Shown: one piece after another, positions 1 through 19,359 of the stretch
How positions within the stretch are numbered: position 1 is the first letter of the stretch
How the letters are laid out: each line of letters starts with the position of its first letter
From: the human T2T-CHM13v2.0 reference genome, Homo sapiens
DNA: 64,000 bases
NCBI RefSeq assembly: GCF_009914755.1
Contig: NC_060929.1
Reading direction: 5' to 3' (one strand)
The notes under the pieces: generated by a model
What the model saw: the letters and a program-made list of their open reading frames with translations, nothing else
Databases searched by the model: none
Told to the model about the DNA's origin: nothing
Made by a program: the position numbers and the translations under genes

Positions 1-3019
<3,019 letters not shown>

Positions 3020-3524
3020 GATCAAGGCCCCAGAACCTTGCTTCTGAAAGGGAGACTGCTGTGGTCAACCCTTAGGAACTTCCCAAGGCCAATTCTTAAA
3101 AGCAGAAACAGAGACCACCAAATATCACACACTTAGTCCTCCACCCACAGACACTGCCCTCACTGTCCCATGTGAGGGCAGTAGCTGCCAAGTCCCCAGT
3201 GGAATCCTGGAAGAAGTGCAAGGAAATAGCCAAAGGAATGTTAATATGTTAATTCTCAGAGGTTCAGTGGCTGCCTGATGGTGAAAGAAGAGAAATTGTT
3301 GGGGAGGAGGGGGAATAGGGGCAGAACTCATCTCTCCCCACAGAAGGTCAAGAGGCCACCCACCGCCCAGCCCCAGAAGACCACCTCAAACTCTGCTGCC
3401 CTCCAGGAGGAGGGGATGCCTCCTCTGATGTGACGTTGTCTGCTTTGGCCTTCCAAAGCTCAATGTCATCAAATGTCCTTTCCCTAGATTCAAAAATATG
3501 TCCTTGGGGATAAGAGCACAATAC

Positions 3525-3720
3525 TGTGGTTAGGAATACATGCTAGATAGTCAGAAAGCCAGATGCAAACCCTGGCTCCACCACTTACTATATGGGAGAT
3601 CTCAAACAGCTCACTTATCTTGAAGCCTCAATTTCTACATGTGTAAAATAAACAAATTAATAATACCTCATAGACTCTCTTTGAGAAGTCAATGAATTAA
3701 TCTACTTAGTGCTTTGGCAA
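3525..3720 (+). mobile_element. MIR SINE, degraded
   Basis: Core-like CCTGGCTCCACCACTTACTA...GCCTCAATTTCTACATGTGTAAAAT...AATACCTCATAG. Confidence 0.7.
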
Positions 3721-3811
3721 AATGAAAGCTGTTTATTAATTCTATCATATCAATAGCTATGGAATTAAGAAATTCATATTAGGAATGAGAATTCCTATTG
3801 GGAATCTCCTC

Positions 3812-3812
3812 T

Positions 3813-3855
<43 letters not shown>

Positions 3856-3915
3856 TTTGAGACACAGTCTTGCTCTGTCGCTCTGTCACCAGGCTAGAGT
3901 GCAGTGGCATGATCT
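3812..3915 (-). mobile_element. Severely 5'-truncated Alu with (TAAA)n tail
   Basis: (TTTA)n followed by ~58 bp of Alu 3' end. TSD TCCTCTTTATT at 3807-3817 and 3916-3926. Confidence 0.85.
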
Positions 3916-4457
3916 TCCTCTTTATTCTTATAAGAGAAGGATAAGAGGAGCCATTCAGACTTCCAGCCCAGAGCTCCAGATGACACTGCCCCCTTTCATC
4001 CTCACCCTAGAGATGTCCCTGGTTCCCTAGCCCTCTCTAACTCTTGGCTACACAGAAAGAGATATCACAACAAAAACCAAATTTTTAATGCAATAAGACT
4101 TTGTATCTAGCTGGGAGCAAAGCTGAGATTCAGAACTGGGGAGGTGGGGAGTGCATCTATCTCATCTTGTCTTCCATGATGACAGGCCAAATTATCCCAC
4201 AGCAGCTCAACTATTTTGCTTGCTGGATTTGGCAGGGTGGTGGACCTTCTAAGAAGAGGCATCTGGTCAAGCCATGACTCCCCTCCCATGTAACCCCTCT
4301 TTCTTTCCAAGAATGATTCCAGCTAAACCTCAAAGCAGCTGCACTAAGGAGCTCCCTACAGCCACAGGATATGTATCTCTGGAGTCACAGGGCCACAACT
4401 GAGCACCAAAGCCTGCTCCCCTTTAGTGAGTTTGATGGGTCAGGCGTGGACACAGGC

Positions 4458-4803
4458 TGCCTTAGTCCATTTTGTGCTGCTATAACAGAATACCTGAGAC
4501 TGGGTACTTTATAATGAACAGAAATGTATTGGCTCACAGTTCTGGAGTCTGGGAAGTCCAAGATTGAGGGGCTGGCATTTTGCAAAGGCCTCCTTGCTGC
4601 ATACTCCCATGGTGAAAGGTCAAAGACAGAGAGCAAGAGATCCAATTCCCAGTCTCAAGCCCTTCTGTAATCGGCATTCCTGAGGATGGAGCATGGAGCC
4701 TTCGTGACCTAAACACCCCCATTAGGCACCATCACCCAACTTGTGGCACTGGGGATTAAGTTTCCAACACATGCTTTTTGGGGAACACATTCCAACCATA
4801 GTA
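4458..4803 (-). mobile_element. MaLR solo LTR (MSTC/MSTD/MLT1A-like)
   Basis: TGCCTTAGTCCATTTTGTGCTGCTATAACAGAATACCTGAGACTGGG ... CACATTCCAACCATAGTA, matching MaLR termini. Confidence 0.8.
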
Positions 4804-6266
4804 CCCCAGGAGCCAAGGGCACTGGCACCAGGATGGAGGGGAGGACCAGGGTAGTGACTGGCAAAATGCAAGTCGGCCTGTGGAGGCCAAGCCTGTTTTA
4901 CAGCCTGTCTGCAGGGACATCCTAGGAATGGATAAGTTGGGCTTCTGAGCTGCCCAGCCACAGACAGGCCGGGTTGGTGAGGTAGGGTATGGCGAGGGTG
5001 CTGACAAGACAGGGAGAGGAAGGCAGGCAAGCAAAGCAGGGGAGCAAAGATTTAACAGCACAAGGCAGGCCTTACTGCCAGGGCCAACCCCTGCTCTGAA
5101 GATCCAAAAATGCAACTCCATAAAATGCCCCATGTTTATACAAACTTGGCTCACGTTTCTCTGTGTGCTTGCTGAGAGGTTTGAGGCTGGCTCTGCAGCC
5201 TCACCAACTGTCCTCCACCCACAATAACCTCCTGCCACTCCTTCACAAGAGCCACCCAGCGCTGCACCCACATCCTCCCCTCAGAGCCCCTGGAGGCCCC
5301 CTCACCCACTGGGACCTGCCTCCTGGCCACAGGCAAATGGATCTGGGAAGATATTTCCCCAAGCTGAGCCAATAAGGCTCTGCCCCTTGAGAACCTGAGG
5401 ATACAGACAGAACTCAAATGAGACAGTCTGGGGCCCAGAGCTGCAGCAAGGGCTATACTCAGAGCTCTCTGGAAAGACCAGTCTCTGGAGAGAACAGGCA
5501 GAGGAGGGAGAAATGGAGAAGGGAGACAGTGTGGCTCAGAAGGGAGTTGGGAGACAGACTTCCAATGCCTCTAAGCCTGAGCCCATGAAGGCATCCTGCC
5601 ATTGGCTTTGGGAGAAGGTCTGGGGCCTCATGACAACCCTTCTTTGTACATGAGCATGTTAGCAGGCGATTCTGCTCCTGGCCACCAAAGCGTCCCTGAT
5701 GAATCCCCTGGCTCACAGACCCAGATACCCACCTTAACCAATCTGTTCCGTTTTCCCCTCCTGACAGATATGGCCCTATTCCACCCTACACCTAGACTCT
5801 GAGGGTTACTCCTCCTTAAATACTCTAATACTCTGCCCACCCAGATCCTGGTCTTCCTCTCCAAGTACCTCTGCCTCCAAGAGGTCCTTCCCAATCCCAC
5901 CTTCCACCCAGCGCATTTCTGTGCTAAATTCTCACGTCACCCACGGTTTGGCCTGTGCTGCTAACTAAATATGCTTTGTGCTGCATTCGCCGCTCACCAT
6001 TGTGCTCACCACATTCTTAAAGCTGTTTGTGATGATTCTTTCTTCTTTCTCATAATCCCACGGTGAGATCTCAGATAAGAATTTCTTGTACAGTGCAGTT
6101 CATGATCATCTTTACTTGTAACACAAGAACAGTCATTTTGAATAAATTCAGATTTAAATTATATATACCATTCTCATCTGGAATGGATAATGAATCACAG
6201 ATAATTTTGTTCTAGTCAGCATGGTCATAAAAGTGTTTCTGTTCCTAAGAATTACTGGACAACTGG

Positions 6267-6689
6267 TGCTATGGTTTGGATGTTTGTCCCCCGCCAAACC
6301 TAATGCCAAAATTTGACCCTCAGTGTTGGGGGTGAGGCCTAATGGAGGTGTCCGAGTCATGGAGTTGGATCCCTTAGGAGTGGCTTGGTGCCATCCTTGC
6401 AGCAATGAGTGAGTCCTACCCTACTAGTTCCCAAGAGAGCTGGCTTTTAAATAGAGCCTGGAACCTCTCACTCTCACCTTGCTTGCTCTGTTACCGTGTG
6501 ATCTCTACACACACCCATTCCCTTTCACCTTCTACCAGGAGTGGAAGCTTCCTGAGGTCTCACCAGAAGCAGATTCTGGGGCCATGCTTCTTGTACAGCC
6601 TGCAGAGCCATGAGTCAAATAAACTTACTTTCTTTATAAATTACCAGACTCAGCTATTCCTTTATAGCAACACTAAATGGGCTAAGACA
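6267..6689 (+). mobile_element. MaLR solo LTR (MSTB-like)
   Basis: TGCTATGGTTTGGATGTTTGTCCCC ... GGGCTAAGACA, flanked by a 5-bp TSD ACTGG/ATTGG. Confidence 0.85.
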
Positions 6690-7903
6690 ATTGGCCACAA
6701 TCAATTGGACCAGGAAGGATACCTGGACCAAGGTGCAACTCTACAGCAAGGAATAAGACCTCCAATAGGACAGTTTTGGCCACCGGGGTGGTAGTGTCAC
6801 ATGCTGCAGTACCCTAAGCAAGATGAAGGACGACAGAGGAAGCTGGGAGTCTCTAAGTGTCACCCACATAGGATAGACACAGTGCTGAATGTGGCTGCCC
6901 TGTGGGTGTCCAGAACCTCAACAGCCCCTTTCTTCACCCTCTTTCAACACCACCCCTGGCCCTGAAACTTGTCCACCACTAATAATGAGCACCCACATCC
7001 TCTACACTGCCAGCCCAAGTCCTCTGAGGAGAGCTTAGGTGTCACTGAGCCAACAAGAACACAGCCATATCAGGTGGAACCACTTCAGGGGAGAGGTCCC
7101 AGAGCAGTACAGGCTCTGGTGGATAAGTTTTGGGAGGGAGTGTTGAAGGACGGTAAAGGAGGGGGCTGGTGGAGGTTCTGGACACCAGAGGGCTGCTGCA
7201 TTCAGCACTATGTCCATCCTATGCAGGTGACACCTAGAGACTTCCGGCTTCCTCCAGCCCCCAACCCGCACTCTTAAGGACTTTAGAACAGCTGAGCCAG
7301 GGGCCAGGACAAACCTGTGATACCAGATCTGCTATCAGCCACATGCACCTGGGCAGGGAATGTCTGGACTATGAGCACAAGTGTCCTGGGACCAGGCGTG
7401 GGGAATCCAGGAGGCAGATGGACTTCTTTCTTTATTAAGATGTACTTCTTTCTAATAAAGATGTACTTCCTTCTTTATTACTTAATAAATATGCCCACTT
7501 TTCTTTAGGCTAAAGTTGAGATCTTAATTTCGACATTATATACAGACTAGAAAAAGATCATTAACTAATGTAGGTGATTCCTTCTGCTAACTTGGAATCC
7601 ATTCTGAAGCAGCTGATTGCTCCTACCTCCCACCCCCACCCCAATGGCCCTCAAGCCTCAAGGATAGAATCACAAATCCCATTTCTCTTCAACCACTTAG
7701 CCAGCCTTAGTACAGGGCCAGGCACACAGCTAGGTGCTCAGTGGATGTCTGTTGATTACTAAGATTTAAGTCAACCAGATGTCCCGATTGGCCAAGCCAG
7801 CCCAGGGCTCAGAGACCCTCTAGGTAGGGATAAGAGAAAGTCAAATGGGAATTTCTGCTTCAGGACACAAAGATATGATCCTAAGCCATACTGCCAGGCA
7901 TGA

Positions 7904-8254
<351 letters not shown>

Positions 8255-8411
8255 TAATATGAGAACAGCAGTAACAACCAAACAGAAAATAGCAGAGGAA
8301 GAAGAGGAGGCACCATGGGGCATATTTTAGAGCCACTCTAATTAGAGTATCTGCCTGGCAGGCCTCTCCCGTTTGACACCTCCCAGCATCCCCACATGAA
8401 AGCCTACTTAC

Positions 8412-8469
8412 CTGGAATGGACATTCAAAATGTGGCATCAGCAGAACCAACAGAAATTTGACATCTTTT
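8412..8469 (-). other. Candidate 58-nt internal exon (probably 5' UTR) of the minus-strand gene
   Basis: Minus strand reads pyrimidine-rich ...ctttggtctctatag|AAAAGATGTC...CATTCCAG|gtaagt, a consensus donor, in unique sequence. Confidence 0.5.
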
Positions 8470-9459
8470 CTATAGAGACCAAAGTTTTCAAGGACGTTTA
8501 AATGCAAGGCCAGAAAGAGAAATAAATGGAAAAAGAGTTCTGTTCTCTTTACTTAGAGAGCAAGCTTTAAATGATAGCAGAGCTCAAACAAGCTTTCAGT
8601 TCAATTGTCCTAAGACTGGCATTAAGGAAAGCCATCAGGAGTCTTATACCTACTTAATGACATTTTAAAAGAGTAGTTCTGCTCCTTTCTGCCCTCTGTG
8701 AGGATGGCTGGCAACCACCTACCCCGGAGCCACAGACTATTTCTACTGACCCTGAAAATTCTAAGCACAAACAAAGCATCCTGCATTTGTTTGACTTTAC
8801 ATTTCACTCTCTGGATTCATGGTTTTGGCAAGGGTCTGGCTGCCTGCCAGTGATGCTGGCCTCTGCAGAGGAAACAGTCAGAGCCAAGCAGGCCCTCAAA
8901 GCCATTCTAGGAAGGCGATGGCAACTGAGTCAGGGTCCCACCTGTTCCTACACACATCCCATACGATTCTCTGAAGCCTCTCCTGGTTCAAGAAGAAAGT
9001 TAAGAAGATTTGAAACTGATGGGATTCTATCAGATGTGGAAGCCCAAGGGAGTCCAGTGACTATCTCCTGGGATTTCTTATGTAAGGAGTCCCAAAACTC
9101 AAGACACCTTGTCCAAACCCCATACGATGACAAAAGGAATAGTAAAAGATGGCTGACTCGTTCACTTATTCAACAAATATCTGAACATCCTGCTGTGTGC
9201 CAGGCTTTCTGGACACTGAGGATATGGGGCCCAGTCCCAAGATATTTACCACTCCACTGGAAAGAGGACCCTCCCACTCTGAGGGCTGCCTTGCTACGTG
9301 ATATGTGGCCATGGCCAGCAGTGACAAGAACTGCAGCAGCTGAAGTTGACACATCAGACTGTGGCTCAGGAAGGGCGCACAGTCTTCTTGACAGCCACTG
9401 ACTGAGGTTCTGGGATGACAAACACAAAACCACAGCTCTGTCTGTTGTGTTCTGTGGAG

Positions 9460-9622
9460 GCAATCTGTGCCGGGCACCTCATGTACCATCTTAGTGCTCA
9501 TGACAACCCTGAAAATGGTATTGTTATATTGCCTGTATTTCACTCGTGGCAAACCTAAAGGCTGGAGAGGGCGATTCCCTTAGCTCCAAAGCTGGCTAGG
9601 GAACAAACAGATTTTAGCCCCC
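9460..9622 (-). mobile_element. MIR, degraded
   Basis: CTCATGACAACCCTGAAA...AAACCTAAGGCTGGAGAGG pattern. Confidence 0.55.
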
Positions 9623-11984
9623 GGGGCCCTCTGAGTTGAGGGTACACTTGAAGCAAAGGCAGGGCCGGGGATGCCTTAGGCGGCAGCACAGGCAAGAGGC
9701 AAAGTGATTTAGCCCCAACAGGAAAAACCAATTGTGGGGTTTTAAAACAACAAACATCCTGGAGGAGAAAGTGGCAACATGAAACACACAAGGTGAGAGT
9801 TAACAGGGTTCTATGGTGGGGGAGGAGGACAGCAGCCATTTCTCCCAGGAGCCTAGAGAGCCGTGCACATCAGCCTGCCTATACCAGCAGCTAGCCCTGC
9901 CACCAGCCAAGCAGGCCACCAGAAGCACTGAGGACTTTCAGCCTGAGCAGGGAAGAGACGTCCTCTGAAAAAGCAGGCCATGCTTCAGGGGCCCAGGCCC
10001 CTGGCTGGGGCTGAAGCGTGGGTTGTGCTGGAGGCGTCTGTCACCTCTGAGGCTAGGCCAACTCCCTCACAGGTGGGGAGGCGCTTCTGTCAGCTGCATC
10101 ACAGACTCACTGGTGGTCTCACTGATTCTCTGGAAAGGGCTTTTGCAAGAAATAGAATATGACTTCCATTCTCAACTCTTAAAAAGAAAAATACACACAG
10201 TTTTCAATCTAGATCCCAAATAACACAAAACCTTAACCTTCAAAGTATTTTAACAAAAGCAACAATGGCAGCTTCCGTCTCCAGCTAAGCCCTCCAGAAG
10301 GGTTTTGATTTGCACCCAAGGCCCTCTTGGAACAAAGGAAGAAAAGCCAAGGGCTCAGTGTCTAGACACAACATCAAGCAGGTAGACAGGGGCTACCTTA
10401 GCCCGGTCCCACCGACCAAGGGAAGACAATGCTCTCAGAGTCTCCTAACCAAAGCAAGCACCAGCACCAGCTCTCCCAACCCCAACCCCTGTGCAAGATC
10501 AAACTGAAACTCACCCTGTGATTGAGGGAAGACCTCAGCCCCGCAGGCCACTCACACTCATTCTTCACCTCTGCCAAGAGCACACACTCCTGGCAGGAGT
10601 AAAACAAGGCTGATTTTTATTAGGAGGAAAGACATTGGGTTTCTCTTGTTCCAGACCTTCCTGACTGAAGGGAATGCCCCAAAGGATGGCTACCCATCAA
10701 GAGAGAGGCGAGGCTGGTGGACAGATGGCTTCTCAGCCACCTGGCCACACTTCCTCCCCGCAACACCAATGTGCCAGCACCCACCACAGTGTCCTCGGTG
10801 TCGCCTGCTCAGAGCACTGGGCCCATATCCTCCCACATCCTCCATGTCTAGTTCCAGTATGCTCCACCTCCCAGGTGGCTGGTGACAAGACAAAGCCCAG
10901 GAGCCAGTGGCAGAGACCACAGCCATGGAGGCAGAAGGACAATGGCTCTGGCTTGGCAGGCCTGAAGAGTAGAGCCCACTCATTGGGCCTTGTTAGAGCC
11001 TGCCTGACACAAGGACGACATTTACTTCCATCCAAATGGGAAGCAAAAGCAACAACCCACAGGGTGTAGGGGATAAATCAAGCAGATGATTGGGACTTGG
11101 CAGATCTGTGCTGCCAACTCCCCGAAAAATAGAAATTGGAGCCCCATTTACAATGCACAGCCTGATGTCCTCATTACAAGGGTGGGAAGTTTCCTACAGG
11201 AGTATAGATAATTTAGCAACAGAGGAATAAATAAAGTAGTTAGACAAGTAAATGCTAAATTAAGAGGAAGAAAAATAATGGGTTTCTGTAAACTCATAAA
11301 TGCTCATTTTCCTGGGTCACAGAACTTTTCAGGGCCAATTAAAATTGTCAACTATGATCTCAAAATACCAAAGAGGCACACAGTGCACTAACTGGTACAG
11401 TGTGGAAGGGCTGGCTGGGAGCAGTGGAGAGGACACAAAGAACAAAGACAGTGACTTTCCCTGTTCAAGGATAAAGAGAAAAACAAGACTCCAAAACAGC
11501 TCACCAATGCAGCAATGCTCATCCCCAAAACAGACTGGCTGGCCCTAGGGACAGAGACGGGATAGGACACCAGAAGGGGAGCCACAGTAGTAAGCGAGAA
11601 GTGAGTGCGCTGTTGGTCCTTGGAGCAGGGGGTGTGGGCTAAGCCTCAGCATTTAAAATCACCTCTCTCAGAATTTAAAACCACCTACAGACAAGCCAGG
11701 GAGGAACCATGGGTTCCAAGAGTGAGAGTTACCTGTCCAGCTGCTTGAAAACAGGTGCAAATGACCCTAGAACCAAGGTTGTTTAAGTTCATCTTTCCCA
11801 TCACCTACCTGCCCACTAAGCTAGTCTCATCAAGCTATTTTCCAGCATGACTGCAGCCTGCCCATTTCTCTCCTTTCCCTGACTGTAGTCAGCATCATGT
11901 CAGCAAGAACTAAAAAAAGGCCAGAGTCAATCCAACTGGGATTCTCCTTGTGTGTGTGCATGGGAGGAGGCAGGGGGCTCCTCT

Positions 11985-15770
<3,786 letters not shown>

Positions 15771-17097
15771 AAGAGGTGCTGGCACAGGTTACAGCACACC
15801 CCATTCTGCAATTGGGAATGGGTTCATCCCAATGCCCCTGAGACCTTGGGAGGTTCTGCCACCATCATTTGCCTTGAAAATTATAAATGTACTGATAACG
15901 TCTATAGGTGGGAGGTTGTGCCCTCCCAGTTGTACCTGAAAAATGAATATCCACATCCTCTGACTCAGAATAATCAGCAGAAAGCCCTGGCTAAGTGTTA
16001 GGGGCCCAGAGAAGTGGCCCCCACGTCAACCAGCACAGCACCTGCAGAGGAAGTTCTGGATCCTTTTGAAAGGAGTACGTGGTTCGGTTATCCCAGGGCT
16101 CCACGGCCCTGGGGAGACCATTCTCGCCTCTTGCTGAGAGACCTTGCCCAGGGTCTCATCTTCTTTGAAAGCAAGTCAAGTACTAGAATTTGCAATGGTG
16201 AGTATCACAAGGGTGTTGCGGCAGAAAAGCCATGAGAGATGCACACGTACTGTAGGTGAGGCTTAAGAAAATGCGAACGTCCAGCTTGGACCCCCGTTGG
16301 TTCACCGGGAAGAGGGAGTTCCTTTTATTTATGCCCACAAACCAGCTGAGGGCCAGGGTGAGTACAAACACCAACGGGCAGATCTCAAGCCCTACAGACG
16401 ACCAGCTGTTCTTCCCCAGTAATCAGTCAAAGAGCACAGTCAGGGTTATGGGTGGTGGGGAGAATTTTATCAGAAAGGGTGGTTGGGGGTGAGGGACACT
16501 AGCGTTAAGACAATGAATACATAAGAACAGTGAAAGTGTTTTTGTAAAAATCAGTGCTCAGTCTTAGCAGCCCAAGTACTACTGAATGCCCAGCCAAGGC
16601 GGAACGAAGCCACGGAGCATCTAAGGGACTCTGCAATTTGAGGTTGCCATGCCTCGCGGGGACAGGAGTGTCATGCCTGCCATCAACACTTGTAGCAAGG
16701 GGAAGGGGCAGGTCAGTCAGGGTAGGATCAATGCTGTCTTAGGCTGACCCCTGAGGTTAGGGAGGTGGGGAATCATGTTTAAGTTAGCTGACACCACTCC
16801 ACATATTTCTTCTGCAAAGACTTTACTTTGAGAGAATTTGCAAATACTGAAAACCCATGGTGTCTGAGCTCAAAACCTATCTCTGGTCTATAAGCACTGA
16901 GGCACATGAGGTGACAATTTAAGAAAGAATCAATATTAACATGTACAGGTATGTAGTACGTGACTATGTATATGCCATGGGTAAGAGTCGTTTAGAAAAA
17001 GTTCAGTAAAATGCATGAAAGACGTATAAGACCATGTAACGCCCACCATTCAATCTCAGAGCCCAGCAAATGGGTGAGATGCTGGTGCTGGAACACG

Positions 17098-17275
17098 ACA
17101 CCCAGACCCCAAAAGTGGGAGGCTCCCACCATAGCACCCAGGCCCCAAAAATGGGGTGGCTCCAATGGCAGCACCCTAGCCCCAAAAGGGGAGGCTCCCA
17201 CCACAGCACCCAGGCTGCAAAAGTGGGGGGGCGGCCACTGCAGCACCCAGGCCCCAAAAGTGGGGGGCTCCCACA
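17098..17275. repeat. Minisatellite, 5 x ~35-37 bp
   Basis: Unit approximately GCACCCAGGCCCCAAAAGTGGGGGGCTCCCACCACA, read directly from the sequence. Confidence 0.9.
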
Positions 17276-17418
17276 AATGCCTATTTCTCAAAAGCAGGTA
17301 TGCTCTCTGGAGGCTGCTACCATATCACTTCTCACCCCTTCCTGGTTCCTTGGTTCCCCCTCAAATACAGAATTCTATCAATATTGATTTTACTACTATA
17401 TTTATCTTGACCAGTGTA

Positions 17419-17787
17419 CAGACAGTCCCTGACTTAGGTTTGGTTTGACTTAGGATTTTTCAACATGAGCATAGTATGAAAATGATACACATTCAGTAGA
17501 AATCGTACTTTTAAGTGCTCATACATCCCTTCTGTTTGTCACTTTCAGTACAGTATTCAATAAATTACATAAGATATTCAATATTTTATTATAAAATAGG
17601 CTTTGTGTTAGATGATTTTGCCCTAAGTGTAGGCTAATGTCAGTGTTCTGAGCATGCTGAAGGCAGGTCAGACTAGGCTACGATGTTTGGTAGGATAGGT
17701 GTATGAAATACATTTTCGACCTATGATATTTTCAACTTACAGTGGGTTTATTTGGATGTAATCCCGTCATAAGTCAAAATGCATCTG
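17419..17787 (-). mobile_element. MER47A (TcMar-Tigger) MITE
   Basis: TA|CAGACAGTCCCTGACTTA ... TAAGTCAAAATGCATCTG terminal inverted repeats; internal AGGCTTTGTGTTAGATGATTTTGCCC. Confidence 0.85.
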
Positions 17788-19021
17788 TGTAGAATAAAGG
17801 GGGGGGGGATATAACAACATTTCATTATTTCAATAAATTGTACCTCTCAGAATTGTTTCCTCTGAATTCAGAATTCCATTAGTATTCTAGGGCACGTTCT
17901 GCCACTCCACTCTTATGAAAGAGGCACTCCACCCAGCTGTATTTCTTTTTATCTATGTCTGTAAAATGGTAAACTCCTTGAAACTATTTCCACTGCAGTC
18001 TTTGTACATAAAACAATAATTTAACACTTGCTATAATTGCTTTAAAAATATGTGCACACACACGCGTTGGTCATTTAATTCTTATTTACCCTTAGGTCAA
18101 TCAAGTAATTGGTATAATAACTTTAAAGGTAAATCAAATCTTATTAACGCTTTCTAAGTACTTTAAAAATCTTAAGTCAATGAGTATTTGTGTGAAGTAC
18201 TACTACTGGGAAGAAATGCAGAAACATTTTAATATCTGGTTCCTGAAAAAGGTTTTTCACTTATTTAGAGTCTCAGGAAACTCTGCTGGTTTTGATTCTT
18301 CCAGGAAATAAGACTGTCTGCAGAAACTGCTAGAGGAGTTTAATATGGTTTGGACTGTGAGTTATCGATACATTAATAGCTACAGTTCAAATAATAAACT
18401 ACCCAGAAACTATAACACGCAAGGACTATCTTGGATATTAGGATGCAAGCCTGCTCGGCCTGCAGGCTGCTCACAGATTTGCTGGGGAAAACCATCCACG
18501 TCCCCACTGGGAATGAACCTGCTGTGCAGGGAGGTATGCCCTGCGCTGAAATACCTGATGGTCTGGTCTGAATTTTGGAAGCACCAGAGTGACTTTATGA
18601 CCAGGACCAAAGGTCACATAAATATCGATTGGCTTAAAAATGCATCAAACCTCTATTTTGCTTATAAAATTATTAGGCACTGTAAGGAAGAAAAGATAAA
18701 TAAGACAGGCTCCATCCATATGCTAACGTAAAAATAAAAGAGTAAGAAAACAAAAAGAGAAAGGAAGGACTAAGAATTCAGAAAAAGAGACCAGGTGTGA
18801 CCAAGAGTGGTCAAAGAAGGTTCTAAAGAAAAAGTAAGAACCAGAGCTGGGCCCTGAAGGAGGAGGAGAGTCAGGTGTAGAAAGCAAAGACATAGAAAGG
18901 AGAGACAGCACGCTCTGCACGAGGCCCCTGGTGGGCAGGGGCATGGGGGTGCATGGAGGGATGAACAGAGTGTGAGCAAGGGCTGCAAACAAACCGATTA
19001 AAATAAATGTTCTGCTCTCTG

Positions 19022-19359
19022 TTTTCTTTTTTTTCCTTCGAGTTTTTTCTTTTTCTTTCTTTCTTTTTTTTTTTTCTCAGACATGGTCTCACTCTGTCAC
19101 CCAGGCTAGAGAGCAGTGGCACAATCATGGCTTGTTGCAGCCTTGACTTCCCCAGGCTCAGGTGGTACTGCCACCTCAGCCTCTCGAGTAGCTGGGACTA
19201 CAGGAGTGCACCACCACACCCAGCTCACTTTTGTATTTTTAGTGGAGACAGGGTTTTGCTATGTTGCCCAGGCTGGTCTTGAACTCCTGGGCTCAAGTGA
19301 TCTGCCCACCTCGGCCTCTCAAACTGCTTGGATTATTAGGTGTGAGCCACCGTACCTGG
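19022..19359 (-). mobile_element. AluJ
   Basis: CTCCTGGGCTCAAGTGATC J-type motif; TSD AA(A/G)TGTTCTG(C/T)TCTCTG. Confidence 0.9.

Noticed and set aside
17098-17275. CRISPR-like array of ~36-bp hairpin repeats
   Set aside because: No unique spacers, no cas genes, and the DNA is mammalian. It is a tandem minisatellite.
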